Positions 55,923-63,086 of a stretch of DNA of 64,000 bases are shown one piece after another; position 1 is the stretch's first letter; the number at the start of each line of letters is the position of its first letter. The translations under genes were made by a program, and so were the position numbers. The notes beneath the pieces were generated by a model. The model was not told where the DNA came from. It did not search any database and saw nothing but the letters and a program-made list of their open reading frames with translations. The stretch is from a phage, in the sequence record PX880099.1, one strand, 5' to 3'.

Positions 55923-55932
55923 ATAACCTCCT

Positions 55933-56403
55933 TTAAGCTGGCATGATTAAAAAAGAACTTTCCACTTCAAAATGCCAATCATCAACAAGCCCTGATTCCC
56001 AATCCTTCTCTTCATGGAAAGAGCAAATCCAACGATACATACCTGGCGGTGTATTCTCAACATCTTCTGGCAACCCATAATCCAAAGCTGTCTTACCGTT
56101 CTCTGTAAAACTAGGATGGAGATTAGGAGCTTTCAATACAGAAACCCTGCCTCCAACATCTACAGCCACAATCCACTCTGTCATGTATGGGCTGTCATAT
56201 TGAGGCTCATCAGAACCTACCTCAACAGCCTCTGTGCGTAAGATGATAATAGCCTGCTCTGTGATTGGGGCTTTGACAATATAACCGTGGTCCTCAAAAA
56301 GATCGATAACCTCGAACTCATCGCCGTTTTCGACACCATAACTCTTATTCAAAGAGATAAACTTCGGGTTATCATCGTAAGCTTTAGTTACTTTAATTCT
56401 CAT
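55933..56403 (-). CDS. hypothetical protein (156 aa)
   Basis: ORF. Confidence 0.5.
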   Translation of the reverse strand: MRIKVTKAYDDNPKFISLNKSYGVENGDEFEVIDLFEDHGYIVKAPITEQAIIILRTEAVEVGSDEPQYDSPYMTEWIVAVDVGGRVSVLKAPNLHPSFTENGKTALDYGLPEDVENTPPGMYRWICSFHEEKDWESGLVDDWHFEVESSFLIMPA

Positions 56404-56624
56404 TTTTCCTCCTTCACTTTAACCTCAAATTCTACAGGCTTACCCTCAATGTAAAAACACTGATACTCTGCCTTATCATCCTCGTCACGAGGCCAAGTTA
56501 CCAAGGAGTTATAGCAATCTTCTGGTGCTTTGAAGATGGTTTTAGTCTCCACAGTAACATTCCCATTAAGTGTTGCCAATACCACCCACCCAGCTACAGT
56601 GATCATAGTGCCTCCACTTTCCAA
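56400..56624 (-). CDS. hypothetical protein (74 aa)
   Basis: ATGA-coupled. Confidence 0.45.
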   Translation of the reverse strand: MESGGTMITVAGWVVLATLNGNVTVETKTIFKAPEDCYNSLVTWPRDEDDKAEYQCFYIEGKPVEFEVKVKEEK

Positions 56625-56785
56625 GTTTTACCATTATCAACCAAGGTCTTTGCTACAGCATACTCCTTCCCATTAACAAAGAAACAATAAACGATAAAAG
56701 ATTTCCCTATTGTTACTGTCCTAGTAACCTCTACGCGTTTAACACCTTGCATGTATTTTGCCTTACCGGAATAGAGCAAAATCAT
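56603..56785 (-). CDS. hypothetical protein (60 aa)
   Basis: ORF. Confidence 0.4.
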   Translation of the reverse strand: MILLYSGKAKYMQGVKRVEVTRTVTIGKSFIVYCFFVNGKEYAVAKTLVDNGKTWKVEAL

Positions 56786-57063
56786 TTTGCATTCCTCTTG
56801 TTGTTGATAACATCCATAGCAGTATATGGTTTATTAGTGCCATGATACTCCAGAATCATTGGAGAGCCTTCTTGCACCACTTCAAAGATACCATAGACAG
56901 AGCTTTCAGCAAATACCATTTGCTTCGTGCCTTCATCGTTTACAACGAGAGAAAACTTCTTGCCTGTCCCGTTGAGGATCTCATATTTCTTGCCAACAGT
57001 GAATAATCCAGAGTACCACTCACTATCTGTTGCTTTTACACACTTCAGGAAAGTCTTGATCAT
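56782..57063 (-). CDS. hypothetical protein (93 aa)
   Basis: ATGA-coupled. Confidence 0.5.
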   Translation of the reverse strand: MIKTFLKCVKATDSEWYSGLFTVGKKYEILNGTGKKFSLVVNDEGTKQMVFAESSVYGIFEVVQEGSPMILEYHGTNKPYTAMDVINNKRNAK

Positions 57064-57413
57064 TTCTTTTTGCTCCTCTTCTTAGATTTATCATACAAAC
57101 CTAACACAGCAGCCTCTTTTGCACAAGTAGGGACTGAAGTCATTCCTCTTCGCTTTGCATCGGGCAGGTTGAGCGTCCACCATCCGAACCAGTAGATTTG
57201 GTCTTCCGTGAGTGGTTCAGCCATTGGATCTGCCTCCTGCTCCTCAAGACGTTGCAACGCTTCTTCAATCTTCTCAATTGGTGTGTCAAAGACGAATGCC
57301 TCCGTATCAAACTTATCTTTCTTAGGAACTGATTTGGCTACTTTGAGAACCTCGTTTTTCGGTTTCTTAGTAACGTTCTTTGGCTTTGATAACTTCTTCG
57401 GTGTTTTCGCCAC
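57060..57413 (-). CDS. lysine-rich basic protein (117 aa)
   Basis: N-terminus AKTPKKLSKPKNVTKKPK; C-terminus KSKKRSKKK. Confidence 0.5.
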   Translation of the reverse strand: MAKTPKKLSKPKNVTKKPKNEVLKVAKSVPKKDKFDTEAFVFDTPIEKIEEALQRLEEQEADPMAEPLTEDQIYWFGWWTLNLPDAKRRGMTSVPTCAKEAAVLGLYDKSKKRSKKK

Positions 57414-57606
57414 TTACTACCTCCATGCGATCTAAAAAGTCATTCACAAATCTCCAATAACGTTGACCTGTTCTAAGATCTTCATAGATAACAACAGGAT
57501 CAAACACTTTAGATATTCCGGCAGGTTTTGGAAATTCCACGACCGTATATAAGCCACCTTTCGATACACAAGAATAGGTTACACCTGTAATTGGATATTT
57601 GCTCAT
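57367..57606 (-). CDS. hypothetical protein (79 aa)
   Basis: ORF. Confidence 0.45.
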   Translation of the reverse strand: MSKYPITGVTYSCVSKGGLYTVVEFPKPAGISKVFDPVVIYEDLRTGQRYWRFVNDFLDRMEVVSGENTEEVIKAKERY

Positions 57607-57797
57607 TTCTTTACGTACTCCATGATTGGGGTATGGTCGCCAGTGAGCGTCACACGGTTGTAGGAAACGTTTTGTGTCTTCAACGTCTCAACCCATTCCA
57701 GGAAATGTTCTTTCGCTTCTGTGTAGTTCTGGGTGCCTTTAACAACATGAATATCATCCAGGGTGACACGGAATACCATTTGAATAACGTCTTTCAT
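57603..57797 (-). CDS. hypothetical protein (64 aa)
   Basis: ATGA-coupled. Confidence 0.45.
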   Translation of the reverse strand: MKDVIQMVFRVTLDDIHVVKGTQNYTEAKEHFLEWVETLKTQNVSYNRVTLTGDHTPIMEYVKK

Positions 57798-57893
57798 TTC
57801 TTACCTCCTTTGTTGTCAAAATAGCTTACCAGAACATCGTGAACCACACAAATGGCGAAAATCAGAACAATTGTTGCCAGGACTGGGTGCTCA

Positions 57894-58217
57894 CTAATTA
57901 GTGCTATCATCTTTAACTACCTCCAGTTGCCTTTCGAGTTTAACTTTGTTTGAGAACTGATAATGACACAGCTTACAATCAATGTCAACAATCTGATCGT
58001 GATTTAACCCTACAATTTTAACTTCCTTTGCACCATCCCACTCTAAGTATTCGAAGTCTGATAAACAACTACTCTTACTTAAAATAAAATCCACCTGTTT
58101 CCACTCCACCTGCATATCATCGATATGATAAGCTGCACAGAATACATCATGGTAGTAAAATGCTATCATAACCATCTTTTCATCAACAGCAACTACTTCC
58201 CGCCTTGTAAATCTCAT
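57894..58217 (-). CDS. hypothetical protein (107 aa), first gene of leftward block
   Basis: SD AGGAGG before ATG on reverse strand. Confidence 0.55.
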   Translation of the reverse strand: MRFTRREVVAVDEKMVMIAFYYHDVFCAAYHIDDMQVEWKQVDFILSKSSCLSDFEYLEWDGAKEVKIVGLNHDQIVDIDCKLCHYQFSNKVKLERQLEVVKDDSTN

Positions 58218-58470
58218 TCTAGCCTCCTAAACGCGTCTCTGACGCACTTTTTATATATAAGATGATAAATCACCTTACCTCATAAGTAAACTTGCTCCAC
58301 GAGCCTCTTATGAAGCTTACGTCATAGGTTATACTATTGCTACCTATTTAAGCAAGTTTTTGCACACAGAAAATAATTTTTAATAAAACTCTTGACTTTT
58401 GTGTTCGAAGTATGCTACCCTAGAAATCTATTAACGAGCGCAGCGAGTTAAGGTTTTAGGTTGTTGATGT

Positions 58471-58505
58471 AGTACTCTGTACTCAAGTACTGTACTCCGT
58501 ACTAG
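58471..58505. repeat. tandem GTACT-containing iterons
   Basis: AGTACTCTGTACTCAAGTACTGTACTCCGTACTAG; further GTACAG copies at 58562-58585 and 58659-58668. Confidence 0.6.
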
Positions 58506-58506
58506 A

Positions 58507-58546
58507 TTAATAATTATTAAATATTCATAATAAATAATTATTAGAT
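58507..58546. repeat. AT-rich block with AATAATTATT direct repeats
   Basis: AATAATTATT at 58509 and 58535. Confidence 0.5.
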
Positions 58547-58636
58547 CTAACAAATAGGTACAGTGTATCAGAACTGGTATGTACAGATCAACTTCTATCA
58601 ATTAAAAATAAAATAATAAATTATTATAAATAATAC

Positions 58637-58665
58637 TTGATTTATAGATTAGTATGAAGTACAGT
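58637..58665 (+). promoter_or_regulatory. rightward sigma70-like promoter (TTGATT-17-TACAGT)
   Basis: TTGATT 58637-58642; TACAGT 58660-58665; 33 nt before ATG 58698. Confidence 0.4.
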
Positions 58666-58697
58666 ACGAAACATCTTAACAAGAATGGAGGTGTGCA

Positions 58698-58883
58698 ATG
58701 ATTAGTGAGAATCCGTGCAAATGGCATCATGTGCCTATTAAAGATTGTATGTCTTGTAATCCACGTTCTATTTATAACATTGCATCTTATGACGATGACA
58801 ATGTGTTAGACGATGATGAAGGCTGGGAGGATTTAGATTGGACTGGTTATGAAACCAAAAAGGATAAAATTATTCCTAGTTGA
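58698..58883 (+). CDS. hypothetical Cys-containing acidic protein (61 aa)
   Basis: SD GGAGGTGTGCAATG. Confidence 0.5.
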   Translation: MISENPCKWHHVPIKDCMSCNPRSIYNIASYDDDNVLDDDEGWEDLDWTGYETKKDKIIPS

Positions 58884-58920
58884 CTTAAGATATCCTTCGT
58901 GCTAAACTAGAAGTGAGGAG

Positions 58921-59172
58921 ATGCCGATCACTCCCCATTTGGGGTTCGAAGGATATATGCAAAATAGCTTTTATTTTAGGTGCCGTGCTTGTAATAGGCA
59001 TTTGACAAACCACTCCAGACGTGATAAAAATGGAGTCATCAAGGAATCAGACCTCTGTTCTATTTGCACAGGTTTGGCTTTTGATGATAGTCCCGAAAGG
59101 GTTTATCAGCATCAATGTATAACAGACGTTCTCGTGTCAAACTTGGTAGAGGACGAACAACTAACAGATTAG
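58921..59172 (+). CDS. zinc-finger protein (83 aa)
   Basis: CRACNRH...CSICTG; SD GAGGAGATG. Confidence 0.5.
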   Translation: MPITPHLGFEGYMQNSFYFRCRACNRHLTNHSRRDKNGVIKESDLCSICTGLAFDDSPERVYQHQCITDVLVSNLVEDEQLTD

Positions 59173-59180
59173 GAGGAACA

Positions 59181-59429
59181 ATGTCTCTATTAGAAAAACA
59201 CGTGTTTGAAGATGGTAACGGCAATGCAGTTTTTCTTTTCCATCCAGAAAAATACACATCTGAAAACAATGGTACAACTTCTATTGTAATCACTAAAGAT
59301 GTTAAAGTTATTGATTTCTTGGCTCTGATGCGAGAGATGGATCTTGAAATTAATACTTTTAACGCAGAAGCTTTGGTTGTTGCTCTTCTGGAAAAGAAAG
59401 ATAGTGAAGAAGTAGCAGAATATGCTTAA
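59181..59429 (+). CDS. hypothetical protein (82 aa)
   Basis: ATG 59181 after SD AGGAGG. Confidence 0.5.
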   Translation: MSLLEKHVFEDGNGNAVFLFHPEKYTSENNGTTSIVITKDVKVIDFLALMREMDLEINTFNAEALVVALLEKKDSEEVAEYA

Positions 59430-59436
59430 ATAACTA

Positions 59437-59466
59437 TTGACAAACGTATCCTTCATATGTTAGGAT
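59437..59466 (+). promoter_or_regulatory. promoter, tRNA-cluster type (TTGACA-N11-ATGTTAGGAT)
   Basis: TTGACA 59437-59442; shares ATGTTAG(R) downstream element with promoters at 60025 and 61189. Confidence 0.5.
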
Positions 59467-59479
59467 ACGTTCATCAAGT

Positions 59480-59670
59480 GTGGTAACAGGGTCGTTGACT
59501 TTTGTTAAGAGGGGCTTGCACTGCGGATAGTGTTAGAGACTACTTCTTCAGAGGTTAGCTACCAAAGAGGAAAAGGAATAGTCTCGGCTCAAGAACTTTT
59601 ACGCTGAAAGTTGGGCTTGGTCTTAGAGAATGTAGCGGTTCTCTACAATCGTCAGCGTCTCTGTTACCAC
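59480..59670 (+). ncRNA. candidate structured small RNA / tRNA precursor leader
   Basis: GTGGTAACAG (59480-59489) is the exact reverse complement of CTGTTACCAC (59661-59670); internal stem GAGACTA/TAGTCTC (59536/59579); no ORF; sits between promoter 59437 and tRNA-Met. Confidence 0.35.
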
Positions 59671-59676
59671 ATTTAT

Positions 59677-59751
59677 GGCCCTGTAGCTCAATGGGAGAGC
59701 TGTCGGCTCATAACCGATAGGTAGCTGGATCGAAACCAGCCAGGGCCACCA
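59677..59751 (+). tRNA. tRNA-Met (CAT), elongator type or Ile-lysidine
   Basis: Hand-folded cloverleaf: acceptor GGCCCTG/CAGGGCC, anticodon loop CTCATAA, T-arm GCTGG-ATCGAAA-CCAGC, CCA encoded. Confidence 0.75.
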
Positions 59752-59753
59752 AC

Positions 59754-59828
59754 GTCTTTATGGTGTAATGGATAGCACAGGAGTCTTCTAAACTCTTAGT
59801 CAAGGTTCGATTCCTTGTAAAGACACCA
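59754..59828 (+). tRNA. tRNA-Arg (TCT)
   Basis: Acceptor GTCTTTA/TAAAGAC, anticodon loop CTTCTAA, T-arm CAAGG-TTCGATT-CCTTG, CCA encoded. Confidence 0.75.
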
Positions 59829-60024
59829 GAACATTTTAACATGAATTAGCTCAAGTGATTTGAACCCACTACTGATCATGGTGGCAGAGAATGAGGCAAG
59901 TATGTCAGAAATTATAAACAAAGGCCACGGTTATATTAGAAGACATAAATGCTCGAAGAGCACCGTTCGTGGAGAACGGGGGTTGGTGGAGTCACCATTC
60001 ATGGTAAAATGTTTTAAAAAACTA

Positions 60025-60059
60025 TTGACAACAAACATTATTTTATGTTAGATTATAAG
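60025..60059 (+). promoter_or_regulatory. promoter, tRNA-cluster type (TTGACA-N11-ATGTTAGATT)
   Basis: TTGACA 60025-60030; ATGTTAGAT 60045-60053. Confidence 0.5.
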
Positions 60060-60062
60060 TAT

Positions 60063-60153
60063 GGAAGGGCAAATCGACGTGGCGACGAAAACGGTCTTGA
60101 AAACCGCCGAGCTTGAAAGAGCCTTGGGAGTTCGACTCTCCCTCCTTCCGCCA
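60063..60153 (+). tRNA. tRNA-Ser (TGA), long variable arm, atypical D-arm
   Basis: Acceptor GGAAGGG/TCCTTCC, discriminator G, anticodon arm ACGGT-CTTGAAA-ACCGC like E. coli Ser-UGA, T-arm GGGAG-TTCGACT-CTCCC; D-stem could not be paired by hand. Confidence 0.55.
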
Positions 60154-60158
60154 GATTA

Positions 60159-60244
60159 GGTAGATTGGTGAAATGGTAGCCACAACAGTTTGCTAAACTG
60201 TAGTCGGAAACGGCGTGTAGGTTCGAGTCCTACATCTACCGCCA
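60159..60244 (+). tRNA. tRNA-Ser (GCT), type II
   Basis: Acceptor GGTAGAT/ATCTACC, anticodon loop TTGCTAA, long variable arm, T-arm GTAGG-TTCGAGT-CCTAC. Confidence 0.75.
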
Positions 60245-60415
60245 AGTTATCTTTAATGTAGCTTGTTGCTCTTAGTTGCTTGGTGTAACTTTTTGGAAGG
60301 ATGGCTGCAACCATCTTACTTTAATAGAGTAAACTTTCGGCAGATGGCCCCCACCATCTTACCGATACCTCATAGTCAGTGGTGCGAACACTGGCTATTT
60401 TAAAGATAATTTTAT

Positions 60416-60490
60416 ACATCGTTAGCCAAGCGGTAAGGCACTTGACTTTTAATCAAGGGAGCGAAGGTTCGAATCCTTCACGATGTACCA
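60416..60490 (+). tRNA. tRNA-Lys (TTT)
   Basis: Acceptor ACATCGT/ACGATGT, anticodon arm CTTGA-CTTTTAA-TCAAG, T-arm GAAGG-TTCGAAT-CCTTC. Confidence 0.7.
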
Positions 60491-60495
60491 AACAC

Positions 60496-60582
60496 GTAGG
60501 TATCGCATAGCGGCAATTGCTGGAGACTGTAAATCTCCTGCCCTTCGGGGCTTCGTTGGTTCGAGTCCAACTACCTGCACCA
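60496..60582 (+). tRNA. tRNA-Tyr (GTA), type II
   Basis: Acceptor GTAGGTA/TACCTGC, anticodon arm GGAGA-CTGTAAA-TCTCC, long variable arm, T-arm GTTGG-TTCGAGT-CCAAC. Confidence 0.75.
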
Positions 60583-60589
60583 AATTAAA

Positions 60590-60674
60590 GATGGATTGGC
60601 CTAGTGGTTGGGCGACGGACTGTTAATCCGTGAACGAAAGTTCTAGCAAGGTTCAAATCCTTGATCCATCGCCA
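60590..60674 (+). tRNA. unusual type II tRNA with anticodon GTT (Asn codons) on a Ser/Tyr-like scaffold
   Basis: Perfect acceptor GATGGAT/ATCCATC, discriminator G, 3-bp D-stem GCC/GGC, anticodon arm ACGGA-CTGTTAA-TCCGT, 15-nt extra arm GAACGAAAGTTCTAG, T-arm CAAGG-TTCAAAT-CCTTG. Confidence 0.6.
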
Positions 60675-60753
60675 AATAGTGCTTGTAGAGTTAATAGAAA
60701 CCTCTAGAATTTTCTAGAATTGTAGATATCAAATCCTACCAAGCAAATATTTT

Positions 60754-60828
60754 GCTCCTATCGTATAACGGCTATTACGGTTGCCTTGTAAGCAACTTAT
60801 CAGGGTTCGAGTCCTTGTGGGAGCACCA
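60754..60828 (+). tRNA. tRNA-Thr (TGT)
   Basis: Acceptor GCTCCTA/TGGGAGC, anticodon arm GTTGC-CTTGTAA-GCAAC, T-loop TTCGAGT. Confidence 0.7.
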
Positions 60829-60850
60829 ATTTAACTCTAAAGGAGTGTAT

Positions 60851-61174
60851 GTGACAGAAAAAGAGTTAGAGAAATATTTTAATATCAATGTTTTCGATGG
60901 TTTTGATGATATTGAAGATGTTGAAAGATATTATGAAGTAGAGTTAGATAAGGATAACATTGTAATTCTTTCTGCCACTTATGATTGTGCATATTATGAA
61001 GGTGAATCTCACGTTTATTTCTATGATATGAAAACATCTTTGTTTTATGAAGTACACGCATATCATTGTTCTTGTTATGGCTTAGAAGGTCAGTGGGAAC
61101 CTGAAGAAATAGGTGATTTGAGCTTTACGGTTGCATATCTAAACAGACGTGGTGCATCTACTATTTTAAAATAA
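60851..61174 (+). CDS. hypothetical protein inside tRNA cluster (107 aa, GTG start)
   Basis: SD TAAAGGAG then GTG 60851; track ORF (from TTG 60752) trimmed because it overlaps tRNA-Thr. Confidence 0.5.
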   Translation: MTEKELEKYFNINVFDGFDDIEDVERYYEVELDKDNIVILSATYDCAYYEGESHVYFYDMKTSLFYEVHAYHCSCYGLEGQWEPEEIGDLSFTVAYLNRRGASTILK

Positions 61175-61188
61175 ATATTAAAAGCCTC

Positions 61189-61218
61189 TTGACAAAGGGG
61201 CTAATAATATGTTAGAGT
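61189..61218 (+). promoter_or_regulatory. promoter, tRNA-cluster type (TTGACA-N11-ATGTTAGAGT)
   Basis: TTGACA 61189-61194; ATGTTAGAG 61209-61217. Confidence 0.5.
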
Positions 61219-61229
61219 AATATTGTTAA

Positions 61230-61304
61230 GCGGGTATAGTGTTAATGGTAGCATATGAGGTTTCCACCCTCCAGGTGCAGGTTCAAGTCCTGTTACTCGC
61301 TCCA
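61230..61304 (+). tRNA. tRNA-Gly (TCC)
   Basis: Acceptor GCGGGTA/TACTCGC, discriminator T, anticodon loop TTTCCAC, T-loop TTCAAGT. Confidence 0.7.
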
Positions 61305-61404
61305 AGATTATTTAAATGGAATCGCTAGAGAAAATTTCTCTTTTCGCTCATGGTTTTCTCCTTCAAACTCTAGCGGTTCTTTTTAAGTGATTTTTTAGTT
61401 TTAT

Positions 61405-61479
61405 TGGAGATTAGCCTAGTGGGAAGGCAACGGCCTTTGAAGTCGTGATGACTAGGTTCGATTCCTAGATCTCCAGCCA
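61405..61479 (+). tRNA. tRNA-Gln (TTG)
   Basis: Acceptor TGGAGAT/ATCTCCA (U1-A72 as in E. coli Gln), discriminator G, anticodon loop CTTTGAA, T-arm CTAGG-TTCGATT-CCTAG. Confidence 0.7.
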
Positions 61480-61486
61480 ATATTTA

Positions 61487-61562
61487 CAGTGCGTAGCGCA
61501 GTTGGTAGCGTGGGAGCTTTGGACGCTTCAGGTCGCAGGTTCGAGTCCTGCCGCACTGACCA
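61487..61562 (+). tRNA. tRNA-Pro (TGG)
   Basis: Acceptor CAGTGCG/CGCACTG (C1-G72), anticodon arm GGAGC-TTTGGAC-GCTTC, T-arm GCAGG-TTCGAGT-CCTGC. Confidence 0.75.
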
Positions 61563-61567
61563 AATTT

Positions 61568-61642
61568 GCAGAGATAGCTGAGACGGATTAGTGCTACCCT
61601 GAAAAGGTAGAAAGGATGGATCGTTACCATCTCTCTGCACCA
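61568..61642 (+). tRNA. tRNA-Phe (GAA), non-canonical T-loop
   Basis: Acceptor GCAGAGA/TCTCTGC, anticodon arm CTACC-CTGAAAA-GGTAG, T-arm GATGG-ATCGTTA-CCATC. Confidence 0.6.
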
Positions 61643-61719
61643 AATAACACCATCCAAGGAGTAGACTTGGTTAACTGTCAATAGCACATTGAGGCTTCTT
61701 ACAGTGGTGTACTTATTAT

Positions 61720-61804
61720 GGCTAAGTGGTGGAATGGTATACACGATACGCTTAGAACGTATTGCCCCAAGGGATTGTGAGTTCGAGTCTCACCTTAGCT
61801 ACCA
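61720..61804 (+). tRNA. tRNA-Leu (TAG), type II
   Basis: Acceptor GGCTAAG/CTTAGCT, discriminator A, anticodon arm ATACG-CTTAGAA-CGTAT, long variable arm, T-arm GTGAG-TTCGAGT-CTCAC. Confidence 0.7.
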
Positions 61805-61819
61805 AATTATTAGATGTTT

Positions 61820-61898
61820 CGCGGGATAGAGGAGTCTGGTCGTCCTCGCCAGTTTCATATGCTGGAGATCGTTGGTTCAAATCCAACTCCCGTTACCA
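61820..61898 (+). tRNA. initiator-like tRNA-fMet (CAT)
   Basis: 5' CGCGGGA like E. coli initiator CGCGGGG; 1:72 mismatch (C/U); A11:U24 in D-stem; anticodon loop TTCATAT; T-arm GTTGG-TTCAAAT-CCAAC. Confidence 0.55.
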
Positions 61899-61917
61899 AA
61901 TTTTGCAAGGAGATAAA

Positions 61918-62331
61918 GTGACAGCCAAGAAATCAGCCCAGTTGGGAATGAACGTAAGTACCGCTACGGGCAGGTTAACAAAAGATATAATGTGGCGACT
62001 GATCGTTCAGACAAATCAGAACATGTGCTTTCATTGCGGTAAAGAAATGACGAGAGAAGACTTCTCCATCGAGCACAAAGTTCCTTGGTTGGATAGTGAA
62101 AACCCACAAGACTTATTTTTTGACTTGGACAATATTGCTTTCAGTCACTTATCCTGTAATGTTGCCGCAGCACGTAAGCCGAACAAAGGTATTATTCCTC
62201 ATGGAACATCATCAGGATATGATACTCACAAATGTAGGTGTGATGCATGCAAAGCAGCAAAAGCTGCAAGACGTAAAAAAGAATACACACCAGAAAAGCG
62301 CAGAGCAACTTACGAGCGTACTGGTAAATAG
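61918..62331 (+). CDS. HNH homing-endonuclease-like protein inside tRNA cluster
   Basis: CFHCGKEM...IEHKVPW...NIAFSHLSCN; GTG 61918 after SD AGGAG; track ORF (from 61762) trimmed because it overlaps tRNA genes. Confidence 0.65.
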   Translation: MTAKKSAQLGMNVSTATGRLTKDIMWRLIVQTNQNMCFHCGKEMTREDFSIEHKVPWLDSENPQDLFFDLDNIAFSHLSCNVAAARKPNKGIIPHGTSSGYDTHKCRCDACKAAKAARRKKEYTPEKRRATYERTGK

Positions 62332-62336
62332 ATAAT

Positions 62337-62419
62337 AGCCGGGTAGATTTAAAAGAGTATGGTACTCAATATGGCTCCAAACCATAGATCAGGGGGTTCG
62401 ATTCCTCACCTTGCTGCCA
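62337..62419 (+). tRNA. tRNA-Trp (CCA)-like, irregular (possible pseudo-tRNA)
   Basis: Anticodon arm TATGG-CTCCAAA-CCATA matches E. coli Trp loop; T-arm GGGGG-TTCGATT-CCTCA; acceptor AGCCGGG/CCTTGCT has 1 mismatch; extra nt between acceptor and D-stem. Confidence 0.35.
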
Positions 62420-62424
62420 ATTAT

Positions 62425-62500
62425 TGTGGTATCGTACAGATGGTTAGTACACTCGACCGATAATCGAGAAACAACGGTTCGACTCCGTTTACCACGACCA
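62425..62500 (+). tRNA. tRNA-Ile (GAT), C33 in anticodon loop
   Basis: Acceptor TGTGGTA/TACCACG, D-arm GTAC-AGATGGTTA-GTAC, anticodon arm CTCGA-CCGATAA-TCGAG, T-arm AACGG-TTCGACT-CCGTT. Confidence 0.55.
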
Positions 62501-62614
62501 AACTCCGTGCCAGCGGTGTCTTCGAAGAACAAGCCTAGTTCCTTCTAAGATGGAGGGGTGCGACTCCTTAACGCACAATCATAATAAAGCATTTCAAATT
62601 AACAGTATTTATTG

Positions 62615-62636
62615 GCCTCCTTATTGGAGGCTTTTT
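62615..62636 (+). terminator. rho-independent terminator GCCTCC-TTATTG-GAGGC + TTTTT
   Basis: Hairpin plus T5 immediately after tRNA cluster. Confidence 0.7.
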
Positions 62637-62705
62637 GCTATCTATTGAATAAAACTTGACTTATTATTTTTTATATGTTAAGATAAAGTTTAGGAGGATT
62701 TTATT

Positions 62706-63002
62706 ATGCCTAAACTAAAACGTGGTCGTGGAAGACCAACAGCCGAAATGCAACAGATTTACGCAATGGATGCGGCGCAAGCAAGTGTAAAAGAATTATT
62801 TGCAGAGCATTATTTAGAAGCTATGCGGTATATTGTTGAACTTGTTAATGATAAGGATGCAGCAAAACCTCTCCGCTTCCAAGCAGCTAAAGCTATTAAA
62901 GAGCAAGTAGAAGAATGGTTAGAAGAACATTATGAAGCTATGGAAGAAGAAACCCCTGCCGTGCAGAATACAGATGACGTTCCTAAAAAGATCGTAATCT
63001 AA
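62706..63002 (+). CDS. hypothetical protein with N-terminal AT-hook-like KRGRGRP
   Basis: SD TAGGAGGATTTTATTATG. Confidence 0.55.
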   Translation: MPKLKRGRGRPTAEMQQIYAMDAAQASVKELFAEHYLEAMRYIVELVNDKDAAKPLRFQAAKAIKEQVEEWLEEHYEAMEEETPAVQNTDDVPKKIVI

Positions 63003-63017
63003 TCCCTCTCCTCTCTT

Positions 63018-63086
63018 GGGGCTTTGCCCCCTCCTCCTTGTTATTTTTAACACCCCTCTCCGAAAGGTTAGGGGCTTTTTATTTTT
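63018..63086 (+). terminator. tandem terminators (GGGGCTTTGCCCC...; CCCCT...AGGGGC + TTTTTATTTTT)
   Basis: Two GC hairpins each followed by T-rich tract. Confidence 0.65.

Noticed and set aside
59860-60051. 63-aa TTG-initiated ORF between tRNA-Arg and the 60025 promoter
   Set aside because: TTG start without SD and its 3' end overlaps the promoter TTGACA; probably non-coding leader/spacer
60752-61174. Full-length track ORFs 60752..61174 and 61762..62331
   Set aside because: Their 5' portions overlap well-folded tRNA genes (Thr; Leu, fMet-like); trimmed to internal GTG starts with SD sequences (60851, 61918)
62501-62580. Possible additional tRNA after tRNA-Ile
   Set aside because: GC-rich and contains GACTCC like a T-loop remnant, but no acceptor, anticodon or T stems could be paired by hand
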